The notes: generated by a model from the letters alone, not told the origin. A stretch of DNA of 64,000 bases from Ruditapes philippinarum (GCF_026571515.1 NW_026862878.1:62001-126000), one strand, 5' to 3'. Shown: positions 1 to 13,604, counted from the first letter of the stretch. A program made the numbers and translations.

Positions 1-599
1 TAACAACACACACTTTCGGATAGGTAGATTATTTCGTCTATGTTGAATAAAAATAGATATTTTATAATTCGGAGTCAGAACTTTTACAGCTTTTGCAAAT
101 TTAATAACAATTGTCTTTTGAAATAAAATTTAGAATCATAAACGGAAAATAATTAATTCAGAACAAAAAATAAAATTGATTTATGATGTTTTAAATGGAT
201 GGCAATAGATCTTTTAACAATTATAGATACGATTTAATTTTACTTAAACTAAAAAACGTATTTTTTTTAATTTTAGGTCCGAATAACCCTGAAACAAAAG
301 AACAATAGTGGTGGGGGAAATAATGCATCCAACAAAAAATGAGTATGCAAGAGATCACCAGAACTCAACAACTGAACAACAATGATTAAAATGATATTTT
401 CTTGAGAAAACTGTTGAAAATAAAAAAATTCTTTTCGATGTCGTTTTTAGTTGTATAAAATGGTGCATAAAAGTGATAATTTCAATAAATAAATAATCTT
501 TTTGTTGAATAAAATTCATGTTAATTGGTTTATGTTATTCAAACAGCTATGTTTCAATGATCCCAATCGCTAATGATATCCTCCTACTCCAGAATACAT

Positions 600-706
600 A
601 TAATAGTAAAAATTAACATGGGTCTCCAAATTAAGACCGACTCGATAATAATAAGACCATTTTTACCAGGACCCCAAAGAGGTCTCAATAGCGAGACTTT
701 ACTGTA
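600..706. mobile_element. Right end of a Tc1/mariner (pogo/Tigger-like) MITE
   Basis: Ends ..GGTCTCAATAGCGAGACTTTACTG followed by TA, with internal TAAGACC subrepeats; the left TIR was not found. Confidence 0.4.
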
Positions 707-890
707 CAGGGTTGATAGCAAATACAGTATTGATATCTAATGATAGCCAATGTAGCGTGACAAATACAGGGTTTATAGCAAATACAGTGTTGATATCTAA
801 TGATAGCCAATGTCGCATGACAAATACAGCGTTGATAGTAAATACAGTGTTGATAGCTAACGAGGCGTGACAAATACAGTGTTGATACAC
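707..890. repeat. 60-bp minisatellite (about 3 copies) with 18-bp subunit
   Basis: AATACAGTRTTGATATCTAATGATAGCC.. recurs at 721, 781 and 841. Confidence 0.85.
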
Positions 891-1935
891 TGATATGACC
901 GTGGTACTGCTTTACTGAGGAAATGCCGAGACCATCTTTGCATATTACATGTATATTCATTACATAAATTAATGTAAAGAGTAATGAGGATTACAATATT
1001 ATTTAATGGCAGCCGATGCACAACTTATTCGTAGTTGCCTGAGCGTGTATGTACTATTATTTGACTATTTGTCATTCATTTCTGAGACCGAGGGGTACAA
1101 GGTAAACATCAAAATGTTCCGGATGTCGTGCATTTGAAATAAAAATCGATATATTGAGGACTCGTAACTTTGGGAAAATATGTTCAACATGATAAAGGTT
1201 TATTTGTTTTTTTTTTTTTTGTTTTTGTTTTTTTTTTGCAAACGACCGACTTCCAAAAAGTTTGTGTTTGGTGCGTTTTATCCATTATAACTTAACGAAG
1301 ATAAAATTTATTGATTTATGATTAATATCATTTAAATTCAGTATAAGCAAGCAGATAATAGAATGTTGATACATTGTGTACTTTGGTTGGGTTTTAATAT
1401 CAACTTTGTTGATAAGAGACCACTTCTGTCCTTAGTGTACGTATTATTTCAGGAACGAGCGTGTCATCGGCCTTCCAAGAATGCGCGTGTCTCAAAACAA
1501 GAAACACAAAATTTACTGCTGGAATAAGGAAAAGAAGCCTGCATATCACAGCCAATCATTTAAAGTCAAATTAAAAAAGCAACATATTTTAGGAGCGATT
1601 TAATATTTTTAAATTTAAATTAAAGTTATTTTTAAACGGTTACTAAAACAAATCCCTTTAAGAAAATCGCTATATTGTAGAAAGCAAAACTCCAAGAAAA
1701 GACTTAATATACATGTTTCTCCATTTTATAACCTAACTATATTCTTTAACACTCCATCAGTACCATCAACAGTAATGTCTTTGTTAACACGACGTCTATA
1801 TCTTGAATAATTAAATTTATCAATTAAAATAAATCTTTAAGGAACATCATGCTTTTTTTTTGCATGATATCCTTTTTTAAATTTTAAATCTTGAGAACTT
1901 TTCAAGGAACTTTGTAGTTATCTTATCAAAGAGTA

Positions 1936-1980
1936 CACGTGGGTTTTCATCTGTTGTAAAAAGTTAAACGTTTGACGTCA
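1936..1980 (+). promoter_or_regulatory. Candidate promoter module of helicase-RBR paralog A (E-box, kB-like site, CRE)
   Basis: CACGTG 1936-1941, GGGTTTTCAT 1941-1950 and TGACGTCA 1973-1980 cluster in an AT-rich background 1.5 kb upstream of the CDS. Confidence 0.3.
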
Positions 1981-3465
1981 TTTAAACTCACCAACACCGA
2001 AGTTGTATCTAAGTGTTGATTTACACTGAAAGTTTGTTTTATGATTTGGCGAGACTGGAATTCGTTGGAAACATTTTATACAAGTTGATGCTGATGTGTG
2101 CAACATTTCAGATCATTCATTACTTCGTTTATTCTAAAATAAAAGTTTTATTTTGTAACTCAATTCGGACTTAAATTGGCATTAAATACTGCCTTTTAAT
2201 TTTATTCTGAGAATAGTTGATCAATGTAAGATTTTTTAGATTTCATTTGTTTAGGCTTTTTTTAGGTTAGTGGAGTCCCTGTAGGTGGAAAACAACAGCA
2301 ACAATTATATTCGCATGTAAGAAAACATATATTCATTTTCAAATTTGAAATTAAGGTTTTTGTAAGGTATTTGTCTAATAAACCCATGTAGTTAAACCCT
2401 TTAAAAATGACACTGAAATTTATATTTATTTGGCCTATAAATTTTGTACAATCTGGAAAGAATCCAATTTTCCTCATTGCACATTCAACATTTTATCGGT
2501 GTGTGTATTTATAAACCTTCCAGTGAAATAAGAAAATGGATATTTAGAGGAAATGTAGTTTAGTTACAGGTAACTATTCAAACTTTGTTGTAATAATTTA
2601 TTTGTTTGTCTCTTATTTTACGTCGGTTTTACAGGTTTTGGTCATATCTCGGCGGACGTTCCGCCTAACTGGCTTTCCAGGATAACGAACTGGCAATTAC
2701 CAATTTATCTGCAAATGACCAACTACTTATTGAATCAGCAGTATAAGACTTTTTGTCCAAGATCAATTATCATGTGAACAAAAACATGTATTTGTATATA
2801 TGAAACAATTAACGTTGAAAAAAAATGATTGAAAGCGAAAGTTGTGTCAAATACAATTTTATCACATTTTGTAGGCAAGTAGTTTTATCTCATGCAGATA
2901 AGGCAAGTTTTCTAAATAAATTTGAAACGTATTACTTTTTAAAAATCGTTTAATTGTTTGAATATTGATTATATTGATTATACGTAGTTAGATAAACCAT
3001 ATTTTTCGTAGTGTTATCTTTTAATTCACAGGTTAAATATAAATCACGATAATTTATCTTGTGTAATCACGCAATGTCCTTTTGTGATTTAAACGTCTAA
3101 GTTCAACAATTAGTTCAAATATTTCAAAAGTCTATAGACAGGTTTTTCTATGCAATAATTTTTACATTGTTAATTTCATATGAACAGATACGCAATGTAA
3201 ACGCAATTCTTATTTTGTTAATATATTTTAATGTTATTCTAAAACTGAATTTTACATTAACCTACAATTATTTAACTTCAATGATTTTTTTTATTTGATG
3301 AATATCTAAATAAAATATCTTTAAATCATCAAATGAATTTTTGCTTATAGTTTTTTTCAATTTTGTACATAACCAATTGTTTCATTTCAGAAGACCTGAA
3401 ATACAATAAGATGCCGTGAAAGGCTGAATGTATAGACAGCGTTGTAAATTGCCGATTTTTGCATT

Positions 3466-6400
3466 ATGACAACCAACAAAAAGCGAGACAGAAGTATGGA
3501 ACGTATGCAAGAATTTGACAAACGATCTTTGCGAGAAAATTGGGGCCAAATCCCACCGGGTGCTGCTGTAAAGAGTTCAGGGGCAAAATCAAAGGGGGTG
3601 TACCACCACATGAAAACAGTAAATGATCCTGATTCAAGATCAGTTTGTAAACAAAGAAAAACAGTTAGATCTTATAGTGGCGAATGTAAAACTCAACAAG
3701 CAATACATAGTAAATCCCTCAACAGGTCGGAAGTAAATCAGAAAAGAAAACGGAAAAAGAAGGAACTAAGTAATCATTGTTTTACATGTAGTAAACATGA
3801 GAAAATTAAGTCAGAAACAACTGGTAAAGAAATACAAAGCCAGAAGTGTGATAAGAAATGTTCAGAAGCTGACGGAAAAAATATTTTCAGCGGAAAGAAA
3901 GCTCAAGCTAAAACAACGTATCTCTATATTGTAATAGGCGATAACATCACTAAAACCAGTAATTTAAAACAGTTTTTAGTACACAGAATGGGAAATCCGA
4001 CCGCTCTTGACTTTGAACTCAAAGATGTTGCTAATATACATTCATCACAAAATCTTTTGAAAAAGAGCATTATAAAAGTAAAATTCGAAAGTTATAAGAA
4101 AGCTTCTGCAGCCCGATACCTTCTGAATATAAGCAATAGAAACGTTTCTAGCAAAGTGCGATGTTTTTTCAAACGTACAGAGGCAGAAGGAGAGGAAGTG
4201 GACAACGCTTTGAAAAGAAAAACAAAACTTGAAAACACATGCAAGGAAATCGATGAATCAACTGAAAGAGAGCTAGACAAGCACGATAAAAAGATCAGAG
4301 ATGTTTATGAAAACTTTTCACGTGTCAATGAGCTCCTGAAAAAAGGCATTCATATGTCTGAATTTGGCAAGATTTTTAACGAACAGAATGCATTCAAAGA
4401 TAAATTACAAGAATTAGAGAGACAAAGAGTAGAATTCCTAAATTGCATAGCATGCATGAAATCATGCCTTGAAAATCTCATTACTCATGATAAGTTTGAA
4501 CAAGAAGTGAACAAAATTAGAAAGGAATTTGGGGTTGAATGCCGACGTCTTTCAGTAGCTTTACCAATTTATGCGAGGCGAGAAGATATACTGACCGCAA
4601 TAAGAAACAATCAGGTCTGCATCATTCTTGGTGAAACCGGGTCTGGCAAGTCAACACAGATGGTACAATATCTGTATCAAGCTGGCTTTGCAGGTACAGT
4701 ATAGCTCAAACAAATTCCTTTCCACACTATGAAAGTTACGTTTCCACCTCTACAGATGTTATGTGGATTGTAAGAAACGTTCTATAAATGTATTGTAGTT
4801 TATCATATATGATTTATTCAATTTCAGCAAATGGTGTAATTGCATGCACACAGCCTCGTAAAATAGCTGCCTTGAGTCTTGCAGCACACGTTGCATCGGA
4901 GCTTGCCTGTAATGTAGGTCATGTGGTTGGTTATAAGGTTGGAATGAAGACGACATCTACTGGGTTAACAAAGGTACTTTTCATGACAGACAATGTTTTG
5001 TTAAATGAATGCTTGCAGGATAGAATTCTTTCAAAATATTCTTGCATTATCATAGACGAAGCACATGAGCGTAGTATTCATACTGATTTACTACTTGGCA
5101 TGCTGAAAGAGTCAATCAGTGAACGACCTGATCTGAAAGTTATAATAACTTCAGCAACTATTGATCCCTTTATTTTCAAAGACTTCTTTGGTGGGCATAA
5201 ACAATGTCCTGTTTTGAAGATATCTGGGAAAACATTTCCTGTAGATACTTTCTGGGATGAAACAAATTGTTTCGACAATCCCTTTCCAGAAGATTATGAA
5301 GAAAAGGCTCTCAGAAAAGCAATTGAAGTACACACCAGTACCAAAATTGAAGAAGGTGATATTCTTGTCTTTGTAACAGCAGCACTAGAAGCAGACAGAT
5401 GTGTAGAAAAAATGAAAAGTCGCGTTAATGAGAAAGAAATCCAATGCTTACAGTTGCATGGAAAACAAAGAACAGCTGAACAACAGATCGTATTCGAAAG
5501 AACACCTAAATGTAAGCGGAAGATCGTATTCGCGACAAATTGCGCCGAGACATCGATAACTATTCCAGGCATTAAATTTGTAATAGATACAGGTGTTGTT
5601 AAAGAGATGAGATATGATGCAAATAAAAACATAAACTCACTCAATGTTTCTCCTGTCAGTCAAAGCTCAGCTAATCAACGCAAAGGACGTGCTGGAAGAA
5701 CGGCATCCGGAAAATGTTATAGACTTTACACTGAAGAAGATTTCAGACGAATGGAAAAGAATGCACTACCCGAAATTCTTAGAGTACAAGTTTCTAAGGC
5801 CTTACTTAATTTAATGGAGTATGGGGTTAATCCACTGAATTTTCATTACGTTCAGTCGCCATCTACTGAATCCATGCAGAATGCAATGTTAGAACTCACT
5901 GAACTTGGTGCTATACATGATCTGAGTTTGACCGATATTGGTAAATTGATTGCAAAGTTGCCTGTTGAGCCAAAGTTAGGTGTATTGATAAAAAAGGGAA
6001 TTGAAATGGATATTGGCATAGAAGCCATAGTAATAGCTTCAAGTTGTAATCAGACAGGAATGTTTTTTCGAGTTGGGACACAAGATGAAAGAAAATTGTC
6101 AGATGTTAAGAAAACTAAATTCTGTCACCAAAATGGAGACTTGCTGACACATTTGAATGTATACAGGGAATGGAATGCACAACCAGAGAAAGAGAAAGGA
6201 AAGTGGTGTGAACGAAACTACATTAATGGGAAGGTCATGAAAGAGATTAGAGAAACAATTAACGAAGTAGTATACACTCTTAACAAGGACGCAGGTGTTA
6301 AAATAAAGCATCATTTCAGGTCAACAAAAGAGGCAGATATTCTCGTGCAGGATCTTTTGTTTGAATGCATGTCCTCCGAACTCGGATATTATCTTGGACA

Positions 6401-9071
6401 CGAATCAGCCGGTTATCTAATCCTCAAAAGCAAACAAAGGGTACAGGTTCATCCATCATCAGCAATAATGTCTCTTGGATACCAACCGACATGGATTGTT
6501 TTTAACAGGACATTAAAAACAACTGCAGATTTTATTACTGGAGTAACACCAGTAAATGAAGAAGCTGTTTGTGAGGCATTGACGACTGGGAAAATATCTT
6601 TCGACTTAAATTTCCTAGAAACTCAAAAAATTACACTTGCATGTCATATTTTGGTCGGAAAACACGTATATTGGCAATTCGTCGGAAACATGCATAAAAA
6701 TCGTCAAGTCGTTGAAGATAGAATTCGAAAAGAATGCGAGGAAACTTTGGTAATCATTGAAACAAATAAAAAGCAAGGCAAAATAAGTTTATTCTGTCTC
6801 CCAGAATTTATAGACAAAGCAATCGTTATGTTGCAGAGAATTCTAGAGCCAATTCCAAGTATATTGCTCAGAGAGTCAAAAGAAATGTATATTGGTAACG
6901 AAAACAGTGGCATTCGTATTGTTTTGCGCGAAGGAGGAGAGGGTGTTGATGTTTTGCTGCCTAATGAATTCCGTTCCATCAAAATCTTTCAGAAGGAAAG
7001 TACACAGAATTATCATATAACAGAAGAAAGTGCCCGTGAATTATTTGAATTTTACGGCCAAGTTGAATCCATATCGCGGCCTTCTAAAAAGAAACGCCAA
7101 CAAAAATTACTATGGGGAAATGTGACATATTTTCATCAGACTGATGCATCCGTAGCATTAGAAGAAATTAACAACGACGCAGACATAGAAATTGTAGGCG
7201 AGCAAATAGCATTGCATAATAATATCCCTTTGAATAGCCAGTCATTCAAAATGAAACTCACGTGGTTTAGAAGGCTATCAAGGGGTTATTGTTTTGTTAA
7301 CGTAACGGAAGTAGGGGATATCCCGATACTTCTAGATTCAGCTCCGATTATTAACGGGATAAGACTCGAAGTGTCTCCTGCTCGAGAACAGTCTGATTTG
7401 TACATAACTGGTTTGACACAGGAAATAACTGAAGAAGACGTGAAAAAAGCCTTATTGGAAGTTCTTGAAAAGTCCTTCAATGATAATATGGATAGATTCA
7501 AAATAATCATCCCACGCACAAACGCAATTTTTAAAAGTAATGAACTCGAGGGAAAAAACAAACAAATTTCAAAAATGGTCTCTTTCTTTGGAAATACTGA
7601 TGACTTTGATGTTCAGGTAAAGAGATATGGAGAAAAAACGGTTATTTGCACTGCTCATGTTTGGTTTACTGACCCACAAACATGTCACGAGACTGCAGAA
7701 AGAATGATAAATGGAAATGCTCAAATCGATAGGAGTAAGGTGCATGTATCTCTTGAGTGCAATTCAACTGTTTACATTAGTAACAACTTGTTCCAGATAG
7801 TAAAAGAGGATATCGATACTTTAATAACGCGCTACAAAGACAGAGAATCAAGTACAACTATAGAAATAGTATATATGAAATCAGGTAATGTAGCATTAAT
7901 AATCAAGACACTGACCTTTCAAAAGCTTGCTAAAGCAAAGGCAAAAGTTGATGAAATAGTTGGCGGAGAAGAATTAAAATGCGAAGATGATTGTAAATTT
8001 CGAGTGATGTTTAGAAAAGATGGAAAGGAATATATTAAAGAAGTGGAAAAGGAAACTAACACAATAATATTGACTGACGAGAGAGTAATGACGGTATACA
8101 TTCAAGGACTTCAACATAACAGAAATCGTGCTGTAGATTTGATTAAAGTGTACAGCACGGAACAACAATCTTCTCTTGAAAAGGACATTCGTCTCAAAGG
8201 GGACGAAAATCCACCTGGACTGATGAAAGCGTTACTAGTTAAGTATGGCACAGATTTTGAAGTTCTTAAAGAAGAAACAGGAATAACAGGTGTTTACTTA
8301 GAGCCACGTTTACATGAAATTACTATTACTGGCACAAAAGAAGCGACTGAAAAGGCTACAGAATGTATAAATAGAATCAAAGAAAACATATGTATATCAA
8401 GCGTTGTAAATGCTTTCGAGAATGAGTTACCGGACTGTCCAATTTGTCTTTTCCCTGTTGAGGAATCAGATATGTACATACTTGAATACTGTGGACATGC
8501 ATATTGTCGAGTTTGTCTTGCGTCCCAAATACAAAATGCAGTGAAATACAAACAACTACCTATCATTTGCGCTTCAGAAAATTGCAATAAACCTTTAGTG
8601 ATAAGAGATATAAACTTTCAGTTAAAGGTGGGAAACATAAAGAAAAAGGCTCTATTGGATGCATCTTTGGCTTGTTTGGTAGGCGACAAGAGCAAACCAT
8701 ACAGATATTGCATTACACCAGACTGTAGTATTGTGTATAGGACAAGTCGAAATGGAAATGTGTTCGTATGTCCAATGTGCCAAGTCAGGATTTGTACCTC
8801 ATGTCATACACAGTATCACGATGGGCTTTCTTGCTTTATGTATAAAAACGCAGGGAAGGAAAAGTACGAAGTTGACGTATGGCTAAGGAGAGATCCAGTA
8901 AATAGAAAAAGGTGCCCGAAATGTAGATGTGGAATAGAAAAGAAAGGTGGCTGCAATAAGATATACTGTACTCTGTGTAAAGCACATGTATGTTGGAAAT
9001 GTATGAAATATTATCCAGAAGCTGATGACTGCTACAGACATTTGCAAAAGAAGCACGGTTCATTTTATTGA
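3466..9071 (+). CDS. DEAH-box RNA helicase / RRM-KH / RBR E3 ubiquitin ligase fusion (plant DEAH11/DEAH12-like), paralog A; exons 3466-4693 and 4828-9071; 1823 aa
   Basis: ORFs 3466-4704 and 4788-9071 join through a phase-1 GT..AG intron (4694-4827; GCAG|gtacag...atttcag|CAAAT), giving QAGFA-A-NGVIACTQPRK. Helicase motifs: I GETGSGKST, Ia TQPRKIAA, Ib MTDN, II DEAH, III SAT, V TNCAETSITIPG, VI QRKGRAGR. These are followed by HA2/OB-like and RRM/KH-like segments, then RING1 (CPICLFP..CGHAYCRVC, from 8436), IBR (CITPDC..CPMC..CTSC..H..C) and RING2 (CPKC..GGCNK..C..C..CWKC..CYRHL..H). A splice acceptor ttcatttcag ending at 3390 implies an upstream 5'UTR exon. Confidence 0.93.
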
Positions 9072-12000
9072 ACATCATTGCTAACATTTAATACAAAAAC
9101 AGTAATGCCGGTACGAAATATCAAATAAACCCTTTGCGGTAAATATAGAAACACACAGATACTGTGCGATTTAATCAGAGTGAAAGATACAACAGCTCAC
9201 CTATAACCATGTTTGAGTCAAAGCTGTCCAGTAAATTCATCCTTTAATATTTAAAACATTAAACTTATACATTTTGAAGAAAGAATACATGTATATTCTG
9301 ATTATGGAAACAACGAAAAAAAAAAGTATGAAGCATTAAAAATGTTCAGTCATGGCAGACAGACAGCTTTAACTACTAGTCGGTGCAGATCAACTCAATA
9401 GGTTTTGATTCGGAGTGAACAGAGTTGGAAAATTATTTTGACTATTTCTCATATTCTATCGTAATTGTTTTTTCGAGGGATGCTATTACATATGCGCGCG
9501 TGCACACATAAATCTGATACAGGTTTTTTAATCTTTATTAACTATGTATCTCGTGAGATGCAAAAATTACAAATTCATTTTTGACAATCTTACCACTTCT
9601 TAGTTGATGTAAAGTAACAAATACCTGTCTCAATAAACCCCAAAAAAACTTTTCATAGAATTTTGTCATTGATTTTATTTGTAGTTATTAAAATATTTTG
9701 ATTCTTTATTGGTACTTTTCAACTTAGAAAAATATGAAACTAGCAAAACTTTTCTTCAGATAATGAAAACATATTCTTTGTTGTTATTGTATAAAATTAA
9801 TACAACAGTTATACTTCAATTGTCAATATTTTTCAAGCAAGATAGTAAACTTTTGTATTTTTTGTATTTATTTCAAGAATAAAGTACAGTTTATTAATAT
9901 AAAGTTTTAAATGCCTTTTGAAAAAAAGGCGTTAATTATACACCCAATACCTTAAAGGAGATAAAAGAGAAGATAAATAAAAGAGGAAGACATGAAAATA
10001 ATAAGGAGAAGTCAATGTGCATTAGTTATATTTGGAATAATCAGCAAAAATTAAAACGGTCTAAGTTCGACTCGAACCCGAAGCGGCATAATATGTCATT
10101 TGGCTGTTTTCGACATTTTAACCAACTACATTATAGACGCATATGCTGAGCTTTAACTAATAAACAAAAGATAGTAGGCAAAATACTATTGATATCCCCC
10201 ATTTCTTAACCATGGGATAATTAATGCAAAAAAATGGCTGATTGATATTTTCGGACCATAATTAGAGTTTTTAGGCCATTTTCTTTAAACTATAATTGCC
10301 ATTATATAGTTGATTTATAATTTTCGTGTTTATTCCGTAGATATTAACCTTGAAATTGTATATGTAATATAAGTGAATGTTATGAATGTATGGACACTCT
10401 GCAATGCGTAAAATGTTGAATTCTTCTTAATTTACTTTCCAGTATAGTCCATGAACATAATATTTTCAATTTTGCCGTTTTAGACTTTCTTTATTGATTC
10501 CTGTTTTATATATTTTGTTAATAAATACAATTGTAATTCATTGACTGTACTGCAGGATTGAGGCAGATCATTTAAGAAAATTTAAAAAAGTGTCATTTTA
10601 TCATAAATATTTATCATTTTACAGATATGTTATCATTCAGAATGATCTTTTACAGATATTGATAAATACTTCTCCCTGTTGAAATATTTAAAGTGTTTTA
10701 AACACAAACGACACATCTGTATAGACACACTATATTATAAAGGCTGGTAAGAGTTTTGTCCCTTGAAGTTCAACCCAACAAAATAAATTTTTTTATAATA
10801 CTTCCACATTTTCAAGATCTATTTCTATTATAGAAATTTTAAATTGATACATTTTCTATTATGGTAATTTTAAATTGATACATTTAAATTATTTAACATA
10901 ATTATATACATTTTGCAAAAGAAAATGTGTTATGATTTACATGTCATTGATTGTGTATGTCGTATATTGGCTTCTATTGAAATAATATACTGTTATAAGC
11001 TTTGTAGCAAACATTTGAATAATTCACATCATTCATTCGTTTCACAATTTTTGTTAATTAATGGTGATGCTTCTGTGTATAATTAGATGATATGATTCAC
11101 CTTAGGCAAAAAGTAACCACATTATATTCATTGTAATATAAAGGTATACTTGCACTTTTAGGTTATACAAATATGTCTGCAATGAATGCAATAATAAATG
11201 ATATTTTGAAATAAACATACAGAAATAATACAGTATATGTTATTTAATGTGTAATTTTTTGGTAATTAACTAAATCATTTATTACACTCAAAATTGGCAT
11301 AATGATATTAATACTTCTAGTCGATGCTTTCATTATAGAAATTTTAAATCACTTTTAAATGTAGAAAGATACCTAATATTGGACTTACCATTTATTTATA
11401 AAAAATCTTTTTCTAAGTTTAGGTGTTCTAACCACAAACTTAAAATAGAAATCGGCAGACATTTAAATATACCAAGAGAACAACGCTTTGTGTACATATT
11501 GTTTAAATAATAGAAATATCTCATTTATAGATTGTGGAATTTCATGCTTTTTTCCATTGCTATAAAATATAATGAAGTACGCCAACTATACTTACAAATT
11601 GGTATGATGGAAAGAACAAATTTAAATGATTTCTACTCATTAATGAACTCGAGTTTGTTGATACAACAATACGTAATATATGTATTTATATACACCATAT
11701 TCTTTGTAAAGCTGACGATATTAATTAGAGGGACGTAAAATGTTTATCCATGTTGCTTTGTATATTATGGGCCGGTGGCCTTATTATCAAATAAATATGT
11801 TGTTGTTGTTGTTGTTGTTATTCAGTCAAATAGTCTAATAAACATAATTGACATGAAATATTAACGTCGCAACTGATTTTATTTAAGTGACCAGTGTAGA
11901 CCAATGTAATAACGTAATAATAGTGTTAATAACGAGACTTACTGGCACGGTCAACGTTTTCGTCCATGTTTTTTTGGTTTTTGTATTTTCTGATCGCAAG

Positions 12001-12444
12001 ATCAGTAAATACATAGCTAACATCCACGGTCTAACACAAAATTTCCTAACAGTCCTAACAACGCAAAGTAGTTCTTAACTCAAAACTGCTTAAAAACCAG
12101 CAATTTAAAAGAAGAATAATTTTTGATATAGGCATTTACGAATTACAGTGCATTGAAAGTTCAGATCAGTTCAATAGAAATATTGAGGTTACAATCACAA
12201 ATTTCGCGGGATGAATATCATTTTTTAATCAATGAAAATGCTATTTTTAGCTATGTCGAAATTACTGAATACTCCAGGGCGTAGTTACAAATAAATCTGA
12301 CTGCCGAGTAGTGGAATATATACATGTCGGACTGTTTTTTGGCGAGAAGATTTTCGCTAAATTATTTTTATCAGTGTTAAACAGGTTTATCGTGAACAAA
12401 ATACCTCGAATTGATATTGTTTTGGTTTTATTAACCTGTCAATT

Positions 12445-13473
12445 ACATACTGATTACGCAGTCGATACACCAGTATGTTAATCTTCGGTAGATGTTCGGT
12501 AAGTTCCGTGAGAAGTACGCTGTACGATAGAATTTAATTTAATTTGTATCTCTAAACTAAGTGTACTCAGCGTTCTATAGCGCAATAGGGTAAATCTAAG
12601 TGCCACACGTGTTTTAAGTTCGAGGCCTCGTTGGTCCATGTTTTTTTTCTTATTAATACTTTCAACATTATTGAATCTATATATGATTATTTTATGTTGT
12701 TCGTTTTGTTTGATTATGTTTTACTTAATTTTGTTATGCATATACTCTTTTTAAATAACATGTTTTTTTAAGAATTCATGTTTAAAATTAAAATGGATTA
12801 AAATCAATAAATGTCATTTCAATGCCGTAAAACACACTACTGTTCTATTAAAATATACTGCAAAAATAAAGAAAGAGTACTAAAACAATGGCAACAGTAA
12901 GAATCGAACCACAGACCTCTCAATTATCAGGCATTCTCTTCACCGACTGTCCTATTGTGAATTAACGAAAACTTTCACATAAAGCTGGCGTGACTTTCAA
13001 TCGATGACTTATATACTCCACATTAATTCTCGTAAAACTACACGGACCAAACCGAAGTGGGATCGATATTTAAATGAGTCCTATAATGTATTCAAAATTG
13101 ACAGGTCAATAAAATCAGACTATAAGGATTACAAACACGAAATGGAAATTCTCAATTTAGAATTACAATGTACATGTATTTGTTTTTATTCAGGCTACAT
13201 ATTACGTATTACTTCACCGTGGTGCAGGGGTATCGCGCTCGTATCGCGCTCGTTTAGGGTGTGAGAGGCCTATGGTTCAAATCCTAGTCGAGGCAACTTT
13301 TTTTTTGAAGTGTCTTTTTTAAGGAAGTAGCCACGATATGCAAGGATAAAGTGTGGCTGTCATAAAAAATGATTTTTAATGCAACTCTAGTCATGCAAAA
13401 TTCCATATGTATCAATCTCAAACTGTTATAGAAAAAAATCTTAACGCAGTCGCTGCGTAAGATGAATTATAGT
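12445..13473 (+). mobile_element. Degenerate Helitron/Helentron-type non-autonomous element carrying tRNA-like segments
   Basis: 5' TTACGCAGTCG with TTCGG/TTCCG micro-repeats; 3' hairpin ACGCAG-TCG-CTGCGT (13444-13458) about 10 nt before a CTAGT-like end (ATAGT); internal A/B-box-like segments near 12575, 12900 (minus) and 13220. Confidence 0.45.
13212..13296 (+). pseudogene. tRNA-Pro(AGG)-derived pseudogene/segment with an 11-bp internal duplication
   Basis: GGGGTATCGCGCTCG..TTTAGGGTGTGAGAGGCC..GGTTCAAATCC..CGAGGC aligns with the eukaryotic tRNA-Pro(AGG) consensus. TATCGCGCTCG is duplicated (13231-13252), the acceptor stem is broken, and a T9 run follows. Confidence 0.55.
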
Positions 13474-13604
13474 ATATAAAAATAAACCTATAGGAAAATA
13501 CATACAGATACTAGTAGTCAGTATGATTTAGATTGCAAAGATCAGAAAATACCACAGAGCTTGCAGCCCTTTGATTATTTAATTATGCGCATGCCTGACA
13601 GGAA

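Noticed and set aside
277-520. Possible terminal exon of an upstream gene (acceptor ttttag at 276, several AATAAA)
   Set aside because: Only 10-21 codons in the frames read, and no homology evidence.
4788-4827. ORF-track starts at 4788, 21617 and 24297
   Set aside because: 4788 and 24297 lie within introns; 21617 is a GTG, and the first ATG is 21641.
4092-9087. Many short minus-strand ORFs over the helicase genes (also 21587-28474)
   Set aside because: Antisense shadows of the long coding exons, with no recognisable motifs.
9952-10575. Possible TTAA-flanked element with a tRNA-like segment near 10060-10130
   Set aside because: The terminal inverted repeats are too degenerate to support boundaries.
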